Origin: Ramazzottius varieornatus
Lineage: Eukaryota; Animalia; Tardigrada
Assembly (NCBI GenBank): GCA_001949185.1
Contig: BDGG01000023.1
Location: forward strand, 124,176 to 188,000
Direction: 5' to 3'
DNA: 63,825 nt
The position numbers were made by a program, and so were the translations under genes. The notes beneath the pieces were generated by a model. It made no database searches. It was not told where the DNA came from and was given only the letters and a program-made list of their open reading frames with translations. Below, piece after piece: positions 26,509-39,698 of the stretch (position 1 is the first letter of the stretch; every line of letters starts with the position of its first letter).

Positions 26509-27114
26509 GCTGTAGGCACGAACAGTTAGTTTGTCGTGGCGGAAGTAACCGCTCCAGTGAACCTCTTCGAAATGGTATAGCTCCGACAGATTCGATGTTG
26601 AACAGAATAAACATGTATAATCAAAGGAACATTTTCACGAGAGCACTGAAAAGAACCGATCCCCAGAAGTCGTCGTACGGTAGACATATGTATGTACATA
26701 AATTTTGGACCAAATTTGCTGTTTAGCAAAAAAGAAACAATAGCACCACGTAAACTGCAAGACAAAATTCAGTGCACCGGTGGCATTGCACCATAGCCGA
26801 CTCGAACTTGTCGAACGATATCACCGAACACAGTCCGTCATGCACAGTTGGTAAAACAGCTACAGCCTACATTTGCTATAGTCATGGATGAAGTTTCCAC
26901 AAGAAAGATACACCACACATGACCGATATTCTGCCCCAAGCGGGAACGCACCGAATGGCTGTCGGCAATCCATTTGCTGTTAACCAGGACTTTACTTACA
27001 GTATGTGGTGGAAACAGAGCAGACTCACGTAATGAAAGACGGGTCGGACTTCGACGGAAATCCTATCAGGTCATTTTCTATGACTTGTCGGACTTCCCCA
27101 CGGTGAACTTCATA

Positions 27115-27256
27115 CTGTAATGCTTCATGAGCTTCGCGAAGTACATATCAAACGCGCGAACTATCCCCTAGGCGGTTGGTAGGGCAAAACTTTTGGACCG
27201 GGTTTCAATTGTACGCGTATGATGATATGCTTCGCGAAGTTCATGAAGCTTTACAG
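27115..27256. mobile_element. 142-bp MITE with CTGTAA termini and TA TSD (family copy 1)
   Basis: TIR CTGTAATGCTTCATGAGCTTCGCGAAG / CTTCGCGAAGTTCATGAAGCTTTACAG; TA on both sides. Confidence 0.85.
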
Positions 27257-27819
27257 TAGATTGTTTTTCCCAAAGTGAACAAAGATTATCCCGCAGTTTT
27301 TCTTCGTAATGTATCAGGTCTTTCAGCTAAATCTGTTCTTGAAACCTTCTCTCGTAACAGGTTCTTCAGGTTTCGTCAATTACGCGCAACGTGTGCCCTT
27401 TATGACGGGCAGATACGGCTCTACTTCTGCACGTTAAACTCCATGCCCAGCTGAGCATGTAAAGACGACAGCTGGAGCCTCCGTTCTCAACGACTCGACA
27501 CGTCAGAATCGGCAGGTCCTGGCGGTTCTCGACCCTGTGCTGAAGGGATCCGCGCGAACCAAGCGATGTTTTGGTACTGTATATCTACGTCCATTTCTAC
27601 TACCCAGCCCTCAATGTGTTAATATCTTCTTCAGGTCGAAACTATATCAATATCCATATCCAGGTATCTCCTTGCATAAAAAATTCCCATGAAAAGCATT
27701 TCGAGAGGTTCTTCGTTATCTTGAATAACTTTATTTTCAGGCCTCCGGCTTCACAGCTTTTGATTCCCAATTTCAGATTTCTTCACAAGAAAAACCTGTT
27801 AAACCAGGAGTAAGCTGAA

Positions 27820-29505
27820 TTAATTGTTTGCGAAAAACGAACATTTTAAAAGTTCAGTAGCGTCCAACCTACGTTGTGGATCGACCTCCACACAGCTGTT
27901 TACCAGCACAGCAATATCGACTGGTAAATCATCCGGTAACTGCGGCCTAATGCGCTGACTGGTGCCCGCGACGAGTGTTCCGGCATCTGATATTCTTTCA
28001 TTGGTATAAGCTGGAGACTTTCCCATCCACATCTGCAGCACCACACAGCCATAGCTCCATATATCCGTTTTTCGACCAACGCGATGTTTTTCGTACTCGT
28101 TCATTAAGCCATGTAAAGCGTACATTTCGGCTGAGAGAAATGGATCCGTGCCTCTAAACGACACATTCTGGCCTTCGGACCTTTCTCTGCTCAAAACTGT
28201 TATATCATCCAAATCGCCAATTTTGAGCACACACGTGCTTCGGTGTGGCGATGAAAGGAAAATGTTCTCGCCCTTGATATCACGGTGGATTATGCGCCAG
28301 TGATGCAGATACTCGATACCAAGCAAAATTTGCTGGCACCACTTTCGGAACAACTCTGGACACGGTCTCTGCTGTCGTGAAGCCGCAGCAAGCGTTCCAC
28401 CTGAAAACAGGGAGAGCGGGCTTTGATACCTTCGATTGTTTGATGACCCAAAACAGTAAAAACAGTTTTGCTCACGCGTCCGTTATGTGAACGGGCGTTT
28501 GCAACGAAGAAAACGCTTAACGTGCCATAGTAAAACACGGAAAGATTTCCTAGTGCTCGGCACTTGTACCTGTGCAGTACTCCATCAAAACCTCGCATTG
28601 CGGATGCACTCTCGAATTGCTGTAACGGAAATCTATGTAGCTGACGATATGCGGGTGGTCCAGTCTGAGAATTTTTAAGGCTCTCCTTTTCGAGGCAAAT
28701 ATGTACCGTTCCCGGGCTTCACCTTGAGGTGGAAGCGGAGTTGTCTTTATTATTATTTCCTTTTGTTCGTTGTCCTCAACCACAAGGCGTCCCACATGGA
28801 TCTGCACGCCGGAATTCCCTCCTGTGAGGTATTCTTCCCTTTCGAAGGGAATGTTAGTTGATTCTTCATTGCTATCCCATTTCAACGCGTTTGCGTCCAC
28901 TTTGTAAAAACGAGATTCCAGTAGGGCTTTGGCAACCCATCTCATATCCGGGTTGAGCTCGAGACAATCGAGGACGAATTCAACTATACTCAAAGAGCAT
29001 TTTCTCAGGAAACTCGGTACCGCACCTCCGATAATCGCCCGCATAGCACGAATTTTGGGCATTCCAGATGAATCAGCAATGTCAAGCTCGTCGTTGCGCA
29101 CTAGAGCTTCATACTGGGGAGCCGTTCCTGACATCATTTCTAAACAAAGACAGCCGAAGCTCCAGATATCTGTTTTTGTTCCAACGACGAACTGGCGCTC
29201 TGTCTCGGACAAGAAGTACTGCATGAACATCTCCGGCGACATGTACGAGAGCGTACCACCGAAAAAGACTTCGTTAGGCATCGCAGTGGCGCCCTTCAGC
29301 TGAGTAATCGATGCCAAGTCTGCTATCTTCAGAACGCATTTGTCAACATCCGCGCAGTTCAACAAAACGTTGTTGCCAGTAAGATTAGTGTGGACGATGT
29401 GCTGAGCATGTAAGTACGATAATCCGTTGAGTATTTGGCTAGTCCAGTTCTGCAGTCTGCTCGATGTCATCATGCGCATTTTCACACTTTCCCGGAGGGT
29501 TCCGC
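27820..29505 (-). CDS. Tandem protein kinase (MAP3K/STE-like): N-terminal pseudokinase C-lobe plus complete C-terminal kinase
   Basis: Exon 29505-28570: GGTL...YLH..HIVHTNLTGNNVL...KIADL...GTLSYMSPE...DIWSFGC, then a second N-lobe (GGNSG, IIIK, LDHPHIVSY, LMEYCT). Exon 28400-27820: GGTL...HRDIKGENIF...KIGDLD...GTDPFLSAE...DIWSYGC. First exon not located. Confidence 0.88.
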
Positions 29506-31128
29506 CTGCAAAAGCTGACTCGTTGTAATTTGTGTAAATCTTATCAAGGACGTGGATGCAGATAGTGTTCAAACTACAATACGATTACAACTCAAAGGTG
29601 TCTCACTAGCCAGGCCAGAAACCTGTGTGTGCTGGTCTAGGCACCCGTAAGAACACCTATAATTGTTACGCGCCAATTTGAAGACGTTGGAGTACCGCCG
29701 ATATTACCACGCCTTCTATGCATGTCACATGGAGTTCTCTACGATCTTGCTGCGTTGTCGTGCCTGGACCGAAAAGTCTCTAGGTGATCAGTGTTAAGGT
29801 GCATATCAGATCCGAAAACTTTCCAAAATGAGTGGATGCCAAGAGAAAATAGAAACGTGACAGGCCATTCGACACAAAAGTGCAAGGGACGGAGCTCGAT
29901 GCCAATGAAAAAACTAGAACTTTTATTGTTTCCCAAAGACGTGCTGCCACACAAGTTAACTTATTCTTGGCAGATTTTCATTCGCGAATCTTCCTGCTCG
30001 TCTGAAATATTTTGGCCAAAAATCGAGAGGGAAGGAAAAGCGGATGTCAGAGACACAATGCTGTTATTTGCCAGGAAAGTTCAGTATGGCAAAGTTGAAT
30101 CGTGACGTGTGATGTCACGCACGATCCAGGCGGACGCACTGTTCAGCCGTGTTTCATCATAATGCCGTACATTTTCACCCGCACGACATGCCAAGTTTCT
30201 ATTTTCTATTGGCATCCAGCCAAATGCTCAGTGTCAAGGCGTTGTTTTTTTTCACTGCACGTCCGGCTTGCACAGCATAAGTATAGGTTTTATGCTGTGC
30301 AGTTATCCACGGCTTATGTTTTGCCTAATATCGCTGCACAGAATTTCAAATTCTGTGCGAGCTGAGTTGATTGTACTATTGACCACTTTGGTCGAAATTT
30401 GAAATTCCAGTGGAGTAGAGCGTGATCAGACCGATCAGCGAATTGGAACTGGCGCTCCAAGTAATCCGAGCGACGCGCCTTCCCCACATTGCGCCACTTG
30501 ACTTCCGCTCTCGTTCCTTCTGCAAATCCATCACGTTTTCGACCTGAAACAGCATTAAAACGAGGAAGAGACATTTCTCTTCCCAAAACTACTGCTAGAA
30601 AACGCGAACAAAGTCCTGGATTCATCCGATTGAGGGATAAGTGACAGATCGCGAATCTCAGTTCCCGGCTGAACTCGCGCAGCGTAATATCGCTCTATCT
30701 TGTTTTTCGGTGCCGGATGTGTCGAAACCGCGAAACGGTTTCTGCACAGAAACCTGCACAGAACCTGCACAGCACAAAATCATGTGCTTTTATGTAATTC
30801 AGGGCCGAAACATGACTTGCGAAGTAGTTCTAATGGGTGCAAAATCGCAGCATAATGCATACATCTAAAAGTTAATTTTTCCGCAGCACCGCACGATTGC
30901 CAGTAGCTTTCTGTTTCACCATTGTACAAAATCGATATTGCTTCCCTGCCGATATGGTCACGTGGTACAGATCACCATCAATGCATATTATGCGTCATGT
31001 GATAACCGGCAGGGGAGCAATATCGACATTTCACAAACGTGCCGCGTGGCCTATTGGATCGGGTTCGAAAACTTTCTACAGTATGCATGGGTCATGCATC
31101 TTCTCAAGTTGTACCTCAGTGCAGGCTA

Positions 31129-31438
31129 CGAGGGAGACGACGTTATTCCGCCACGCCGATCTTCACCTCCTAATTCCGCCATCTTTTTCTATCCTCAATC
31201 CCTGCTCCAAATCCAACTATTTTTGTTTTCTGAGATAGACAACCCATTTTCGTGAAGCTATCAACGAGTTTGAGAAAAATCGGGATACCGGGAGCTGACA
31301 GATGTTCTCTGGAATGGAGAACGGTCTGCTCAGTGTTAAAAAGCCTAAAGTTGTATCGATAAGCGTACTATGAAGCTTTTCGCGCCGGCGGAATCATGAG
31401 GTAAAAATCGGCGTGGCGGAATTACGTCATCGCCCTCG
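31129..31438. mobile_element. Mariner-like MITE (310 bp)
   Basis: ~52-bp imperfect TIR starting CGAGGGAGACGACGTTATTCCGCCACGCCGAT; TA on both sides. Confidence 0.85.
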
Positions 31439-31544
31439 TATACATTTTCTAAACACCAACAGCGCACCGCAAGACTTCGAGCCCATCTCAGTGAACGAAA
31501 TGACGAAAAGCACCAATGAGAGCAAGACCGCGCTCTAGATGACT

Positions 31545-33446
31545 TTAGTGAGCCCTAAGCTCGTAGGAGGTGTTCCCGGCGACCAGTTCGTCCAGCTTCT
31601 CAATGACTTCGGCCATTCCGGTGCCGCTTGTATTCGTGGTCTTTTCCCCATGTTTGCCCGCTCCTGCCTCTCTGTGCAAGAGCTCGTAAACCAGGATACC
31701 ATATGAGCATAATAAAGTTATCATCTGCAAACACGTTACAATTTAGGCCTCGAAGGTCCATCTTTATGTCTCATGTACATACCGTAACGCAAAGGTGTCG
31801 CGAAAAGAGGAAGAGCCTCCCTGCGACCACACCCGAATGAGTATGCTTAGTAGCAAGAAGGAAATGCAACAGCTCCCTTTCGGACTCCTGGATCAAACAA
31901 AAAAAACAGAGGTAAGCAACATATGAAGTTCTTCTGACAAAGTTAGCAACGACCCATTTGTTGAACATTCAAATGGTTCACACATGTGGGGTACATGATT
32001 TAGCTCAGCCTTCGAAATACAAAAATCATATGTGAAAGCAACAAAATAATTTTAGAAGAAATCTGTGTGGTATAGATAAAAAGATTTCATGATGATTATT
32101 TAGTTTGGTTGGTTCAGAAAGTTCTCTTACGTCATCCTGTGTTGCTTCGGGTATGAATGTTAAAGCTTGCACATGATGGTACGTCTCTTCCGCCTGCAAG
32201 AAACGGGACAAAGATGGTCCAACGAAAGCAGCATATGCATGTGACCGGACAACGCAGCAAATGACAGTTCAAAAGCTCAGAGTAACTTTTGAGACCAGCC
32301 CCATTGTTTGTTTACCTCCTCGTGCAGCTGAACCAACGGCCAATACTGTGTACACAAGAAAAAGCCCATCCACACTAACGTAGCAGTTGCGTGGTACACT
32401 CTGTCAAAATAATAGTTCACTCCCGGCTTATTTTCATAGCCGATCAGCAGTCCAACAAAGCCGATAGACGTAGCAAAGTCCGCCGCGACGACCACCAAAA
32501 AGATTTTGGAGAAGGCTTCGCTCAGTTCTTCCACGTACTGCGTGGCCTTGAAATGCATGGCACGGATGGAGGTGATAGTGTCGTCGTGGGACGACATCTC
32601 CTCTACGCTGCCTTCCTTGTCAGGCAAGGTCCAAACTGTTTCCTTCACTTCCCGCGTGTTTCCCGCATCATGCGCAAGCTTCTTCAGTTTCCGATTGATC
32701 AGGTACAGTAACTGTCGCCCGCCCTCACCTAACCCAATCAACGAGGCAACGATCATCTGCGTCATCACAAACGGTACCATTGTGAGGAAAGTTAGCAAGA
32801 TAGTAACGTGCCAGTTTAGCAAAACGAAATTCAGCTGGTAAAAATCCCATGTTTCGTAGTTTTCGGAGAAGTCGATCTTGTTCCAGTACAGAAGCACCAT
32901 GATGAAACACAGAAGAATCAGAGCTACCGAGAGCCCGAATATGATGAAAGAACTGCGGATTGTGGAAGCTAAAGGGGAAGTCTCCCACGAGGAACGTCGT
33001 GCGACGACGAGTAGGCGCCGAAGGTGCTCGGTAATGCGGAGTATGCGCCTGTGGTGGAAGAAGAAGAGGGAAAGTACCACGAAAGAACGAAGGTTGATGA
33101 GGACCCAAGGTACTTCGTCCAGGATGCGCACGATCATGGAGGAAGCCTTCTCGGTGCCTTTGCTCAATGCTTTCTGGAACTCATCAATCTGGAAATTGAG
33201 GACGGAGAGTGTGTAAATGATAAACCAAATGATCAAAGCAGCAACGAAGAAAATTAAGAATATTATTCGGATGAGGCGAAGTATCCGCGAAAGACTGCCC
33301 TTTCGGCGGAAGTCGGTACACAGATCATCACGAAGACGGTCAGATGATGAAACTGAGAAGCCGAAGGCGCGTAAAAGCCAGAAAGCTGGTAGTTCTTTCA
33401 TCGGGTACCATTGACGGGGGTCCGACATAGTGGCGGTCGCGGACAT
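31545..33446 (-). CDS. Gustatory receptor (7tm_7 / GR superfamily), four exons
   Basis: Long hydrophobic first exon (33446-32316) followed by three phase-0 introns (exons 32193-32131, 31887-31783, 31724-31545). C-terminal VVAGRLFLFSRHLCVT|MITLLCSYGILVYEL matches the GR TM7 signature (TYhhhhhQF-like). Confidence 0.85.
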
Positions 33447-34604
33447 TAAAATTAGCGACGGAAATAATGAAGCAAAGTTGGAGGATGAAGAGTCTTCCGA
33501 CCTGTGTGGACTTTCTACAGTGCTTGTTTGGGGTGATGTTCATCTGGTTACTTTTGAAGTATTGAGTGTAACGAGAGCGCTATGATAACTTTTGTGTTTG
33601 AACTTTATCTTCATCTTTAGTGCGGAAACGTGAAGGGAAAGAGGACAGGTGAAGGTTGGGAAGCAATCGATCTGAATGGTAATTTTGAATTTGACGAGTG
33701 TAAGTGTCAGCGACGGTATGGAATACCAATGTCAATAGAACATGACGACTGCGTGGTTTCTGCCTATATCTGCAGTCAAGGTTTCTGCTTGATCAGTGCG
33801 TTTTGCTTGATCAGTGCTTTTCTATCCAAAGAGAGATGGCGTGCTCGTCGAAAATGACAACGGGAGATATAGCCGGGGTGGAGAACTTTCCGTCCAATAC
33901 TGTACCGGTTGCATGACGGAGCTCTCGGCTGCAAACAGATTGTAGCAGTTTACTGCCCGGACAGCCTGCCTGTTTTACTGCCATGACTTGGTGATGCACC
34001 TGCTTCTCAGTACCGATCGCAATACAGTTAGCATTCAGTAAGAGATAAACGCTTGCGCGTCCAACATGTATATCGTGTCACCTATGAATATCGTAACGAC
34101 CTGCGCAGATCATCCTTTGTGGTTTATACTGTAGTTTAAGGTCTGACGGAAGTCCATCTTGGTCGTAAAGCGTCGCCTCGTGTTAATCACACCTTGGTGT
34201 GCGATAATCTAGGAACCCATAATGTTACCTTTATGGTGGCAAGTACGGAAATAAATGCGGGCTGAATATTCCAAACCAACCGGTGTCCCGAATTACATTA
34301 TCGCAGGGTTGATTTGTATGAGGAGTCCCAACCGAAGTAATCTGATGACGATTACGAACGTTTACATCCTTTCAGAGCGAATGGTCTGCCACAACGCTGA
34401 TAAGGTCAGAGTAGGAGCCCCTCCAGGGAGGCGTAACGATCACTAGGATGCAGATACCTTATGTCGGTCCTGGTTGGATTACCGCTAGAAACTCAGAGAT
34501 CATTTTACAGTTGTCGGTATCTGCAAGACAGCGCATTGATTCTTTCTCTGAGGCAACGTTATATCTATTTGGGGCTGAGGCACACCGCTTCGAACCCGGA
34601 TAAA

Positions 34605-37124
34605 ATGATCAGCCACATCCCGGCCAAGTCAGTTTGGCGAGTTGTACCAGTTTTGAATATCACGATTATCACCTATATCTACTTGCATCCGGATATATTA
34701 CCCGGCCTGCCATACACCGGTCCTGGTTTTGAACTTGGGGCGCAGCACCTGCGAGAACGATACAACTTCAACGCAACCTTGATATACGTGGGCGATGAAA
34801 ATATACGCAGCATAGCGGACCTAGTCGCCGATGTCTACCGGGTGGCTGAATTCTATTATGGCGAATGGGACCGCAATGGACTAGTCGCTCTTATTTTGCC
34901 CGGTAGGGTTTTGGGTCTCCTGACAGTTGCAGAAATGGATGCAATCATGGTTGTAAGCCACGCTAAAAACTTCATATCGTGCTATCTTTAAGGATCCGAT
35001 GATCTCATACCTATCGGGCAGTTGGCGCGAGGTACCTACATTTTAAGCCAAGAGTGCAACTTAATTAAGTCATGAACAGAGAAGCAAAATAAATGGCATG
35101 TTTTGTTACAGGCTGGAATATTCCAATGATTTCAACGTAGGAATCAATCAGTAGTCAGCGGGTCACAGAGAGTTATTATCGTGTATAATATGTCAACACG
35201 ATGTTGCCCTTTCCAGCGCTGGCTACTACGACATTTTGCGAAACAACACGCTCTTCCCGACAACCTTTACTGTCGGGGTCTTGCAGTACAGTGTAATGAC
35301 AGAAGTGTTCAATGCCGTTTTCAATTACTTCAACTGGACTTCCATAACCGTGATCCAAGACATCAGAACAAGAGCCCCATTTTACGACCTCTGGCTAAGA
35401 AGCAACACCAATTCTGCTATCAAGTTCTTGGATAACAACGGCCTTCCAATGAGCATACGACAATATCGATTTCCAAACCAGGACTATTCATCGGAAAAGA
35501 TGAACGATATTTTGCGAGATGCTTCCAAGTACAGCCGAAGTAAGTAGCGTATTCGTACGCTACTGTACTTTCAGCCGCCCATAAAGAACAGTATCTCATT
35601 CTATGAAGTTGTTTTCAGTATTCCTTTTCTCGTTGACAATGGAGAATGTTCGTCGTATGATGGTAAGACACACCATAAAACAAAACTGCGACAGACCTGT
35701 ATTCACAAGACCAGTACATTTATTCCCATGACAGCTGGATGCGCAGAGACTGGGAATGACCAATGGAGATTTTGTAAGTGACTGGTCTTAATACGAGATA
35801 CCTGTCGTCGCTCGAGCTGTACTTTTAATTGCACCACATATGCTAAGATCCCGTTTTAAATCGTAGGTGTACTTTGTGCTGGAGCCATTCGAGCAGAAGC
35901 GGCAGTATGGCTACGTGAACTATCGCGATCCCCTTGATCCCGCAAACGATGAGGTAAGAAAGCCCCTGTTCCGACTTTATGTATATGCGTCGGTAAGATT
36001 TCGATCTCTTTCTAAGCATTTTTGTTCTGTTTCAGGATGCGGCTGAGGCCTTTCGGAGTTTACTCAAGATCGGTCAGTGTGCGCCACGTAATATATCCAA
36101 AGACCTGGATAAGTTTCTGGCGATCCTGTCACGCATGTCGGCAGACGAGTACGGATTCCATTATCCTACCGGGGAAAAGCCGCACGAAATGGTCATGGCT
36201 GCCTATGCTGGTATGGAGGTTTACGGCAAGGTACATTTGACTCGTGCTGAATGCCGTTATGTATTGATACGATCGCAAAATGGGAGGCTATTTTAGTTAT
36301 TTCTGTCAGATTGTCAGCGAAGCCCTGCACGACGGGAGTGACCTATTCGATAGTCAAGCGCTTGTACGACGGGCTTTCAATCGAACCTTCCACCTACGAT
36401 TCTCGGAAGTCTTCGTCGATGAATACGGCGAGCGACGGAACAACTATTGCGTCAGTGATTTCAATATTACCAGCAAAGCATTTGAGGTACGGAAATTAAG
36501 GCAAACTGTCCCGTCTGTGAGGAAAAAATTAGACAGAATTTTGACAGCAAAGTAAGCTTTGAGCGTTGCAGAATTCCATGCTGTACGACGTAAACCACAA
36601 AGCTTTGAGCTACTTAGAAGGGAAGACTGTCGACTGGGGGAACGAAGATCATGTTGTTCCGTCAAATGAGCCACGTTGCGGATACCGCAACCTACGCCTA
36701 CTTCCGGGTTGCCCACTCGCCAGACAGCGTATGAATAATCCCGTGAAAACAACAATATAAGCAAGCTTAAGTAGGTAGTTATGTCGTGGTCTGCAGGGGC
36801 CACTTTTGGAATATCTGCTGGCCTGGGATGCGTAGTACCCCTTCTCGTCATTGCCTTACTCTATCTGGTCATACGGTAAAATGTTTTCAGTTGATAAATA
36901 TCTGAAGCGAGAACACAGTCGCAGGGTGAAGTCTTTGCAGAAACTGGCAGAAAGAAGTGCATCGTGATCTGAACTGGTGGAAGGTTCGTGAAGGGGTTTT
37001 GGTGCCTCACGCTGTGGAGACGACTTCCGTTAGTACGAGAATGAAATCGCTGCAGCAGCAGTACGTACAGGAGAGGACAAAGGTCGAAATCGTCCATTCA
37101 AGCTTCATACGTCGGCATATTTAG
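34605..37124 (+). CDS. Single-pass ANF_receptor-domain protein with short cytoplasmic tail and no cyclase
   Basis: Exons splice in frame: LNITIITY...GPGFELGAQHLR, GQLAR|GWNIPMIST, YFNWTSITVIQD, ASKYSR|IFLF, LGMTNGDF|VYFVLEPF, FNRTF...VDEYGERRNNY, VPSNEPRCGY, TM GISAGLGCVVPLLVIALLYLVI, juxtamembrane DLNWWKV, and a ~60-aa tail to TAG at 37122-37124. Signal-peptide exon not identified. Confidence 0.88.
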
Positions 37125-37495
37125 TCATCCAAAATCCCTCCATTGTACCCTCCTGATGGCTGTTTTATATCTGTTTTCCGGGCTTAATTCTGTAGAGAAA
37201 GGTAACATGAAGCGCTCGGAGTTCTCAAAGTTACATTTACAGTATCTTACGTTGAATTAGACCTGCGTGTCTTGTCTTCCACCAGCTCAACGTCCATTTT
37301 AATTTCACATGATCACTGGATCGAACTGTGGCTAAAACGATGGCTAAAAGAATTTAAGTTATAAAAGGTAGTTGGTTTGACATGTTTGAAAATTATTTCC
37401 GTGTATCGAAATCTTCATCAATATATATAGTATTCATGAATCGCGATGAAGCAGTAAGCTGATAAGTTATGCAGGAACATTTGGGTTCGTTTAAT

Positions 37496-38497
37496 TCACG
37501 CTTCTTGACCGGCTCCGGATCCGGCTTCTTGTCGCTGGAAGTGCAGCTCACCACGGACGGGCTGAGGGAGATCGGCGCCACCCAAAGTGATCACCTAAGA
37601 GAGAAGTGTAAACTGGTGACTTGGTCGAAACATTTATATTTTTGCTCGAATATTTTATGAAGAGTCAAAGCGAAACCTACAGCAACCAACTCAGAAGCGG
37701 TGTTGTCGCTCTTTGTCGGGAAGACGAGGTCGAAGTTCATGGTCATCGGGCCGTACTTCTTGGCGATCGTCTTGTCGGCTTCAGAGAATGAGAAGGCTGC
37801 AGACAAGGCAGCGGTTGCCGGTTTCAGGTGGCTGGACAGGACTTCGACCTGCACGTTCGTTTGAGCCGTAGCCTAACAAAAAGACCGACCGACAGTCTAT
37901 GTGTACACATTCATTGGGAAGTGCAGGGTACGCCTTCCACTAACCAAGACTTCCATGCCGTCCAAGAGAGGACTTGTGGTCGGAGTACCGTCCATGTTGA
38001 CTGTCACTCCTAAGAACTCCTGCTCTGCGACCTTGAAACTGATAAAGCATTGAGCATCGTCCATCTTGGTGACTGACAAAGCCGCATCGTTAGCCAACCA
38101 TAAGCAGGGAGCTTCGCCACCTGTCGCGTCTGCAAAGTATAACCATACAGGCGGACATTGTGAAAGCCCAAGGTGGTTCGATTCTGCCAAGTACCATCGA
38201 CTAGGAAAAGGAGATGTTACTTACCGAGCAGCCCGTAGAGCTGCATCATGTTAGTCTGGAAATCCACCTGCGGGTTCGAGACGAAGCTCCCCATGAAAAC
38301 ATCCAGCTGGATGGACGGCTTCTTTACCGTCGTCGTCGTGGGTATGAAACCTCCATAGGCACATGCGATTCCTTCAATAATAGAGAAAGCAACTCATAAA
38401 CATTAGCTCTACCGTTCAACCTTAGCTCCATCCTGGAAAGGGGGGATGCACTACGCAGTGTACCTGCGAGAAGAACACAACAGATCGAGACGTTCAT
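37496..38497 (-). CDS. 218-aa secreted protein, FABP/SAHS-like beta-barrel candidate, five exons
   Basis: Exons 38497-38464, 38371-38225, 38129-37945, 37872-37681 and 37594-37496 total 657 nt in frame, all with GT-AG introns. Signal peptide MNVSICCVLLAGIACAYG. Mature sequence has FMGSFVS..DFQTNMMQLYGLL and C-terminal SELVAVITLGG..VRGELHFQRQ. Gene model is well supported; the fold is inferred. Confidence 0.8.
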
Positions 38498-39409
38498 GGT
38501 GAACTCGAGTCCGTCGGAGATCGCCTTTACGGAAGAATACAATCGTGGGTTGACAGACCAAATGGACATAAATGTATCGAAAGTCAAGAGGAGCACACTG
38601 AGCAGCTGTTCGTATATTGGGAGTTTATATTGTAGAATGGAGCTTCATAGTTTGATCGAAACCGTGAAGACAGGAAAATGCATGGCTTGCTGTCGATTAT
38701 ATGAAAATTAAGCGAAGGTCTTGCACTGAATAGAAGGCAGGAGCTACCGGTCGGCGGTCGTGCGGCAAACATTCGGGTCCCTCGAACGAGACGTTTTATT
38801 ATGATTGTCGGTATGCTAGCCGACGCCTGCATCATGTGCTGATACCATGACGGTCTGTAGACTTTAAAAGCCCAGTGTATCGCTAGCGTTCCAATATTGC
38901 GGGAACCGTGTTCCGTCAAAGTTGACCAATTTCGCTATCTTTTTCTGTCGGAATGCTTCGAAAACAAGAGGAAACAGGTGGATTTGCGAACAATCCATCG
39001 TTCAACGCCAACTTTTTCTTTTGAAGATCACCAGCTTGCACGGTGGCGCAAGCTGGTGATCTATCTCCCGTTGAGGGAATGAAGCCCTCCGAAGAGGAGC
39101 GTCCACCCAGATATTCACAAACCTTATGCATTTTGGGATGCTGCCAAATTCTGTTTCAGACTTCGGTTACCATCTTGGAACTAGCAGGTAACAATCGGCT
39201 TGCTTTCTCACAATCGATGTATCGTACGTAAATTGTGAACAATTGTACGCATGCATATTAGTCTGTACAATGAAGAATTTTCATGCCTTCTCATGGTCAC
39301 GTGGTGCATCGTGCCATTGATTGATGTATCACACCACGTGACCACGAAAAGGCAACGACTTTCATCATTGTAGTAATACAACAGTTTCCCATCCAAAGTG
39401 GTCCTTTGT

Positions 39410-39698
39410 TTGACTTGCAGTTTCACTTTCCGTTCTCCAGATCATGTTTCTGTTTTCGCTTACTGTGAGAAACATCAAAAAACGAAGAAGAAAATTGCCA
39501 GATCCCGACGCAACTTCGAAGCCGAACAATCTGCTTTTCGACCAGCTAAGGGCTCTCAAGACTCTGCGCTCGGTAATGGTCCCGCATTATCTGTCAATTG
39601 CGTTTGCTGCCACCCTTGCGATGATCATGGACTGTTGCATTGCGAAGCGTGCTCAACGCGTCAACCAGGTGATGGTCGACCTGGAGAGCCCAGCTTGA
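39410..39698 (+). pseudogene. Possible GPCR TM5-ICL3-TM6 remnant
   Basis: LAVSLSVLQIMFLFSLTVRNIKKRRRK...DQLRALKTLRSVMVPHYLSIAF: hydrophobic, basic loop, hydrophobic. No flanking exons found. Confidence 0.25.
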
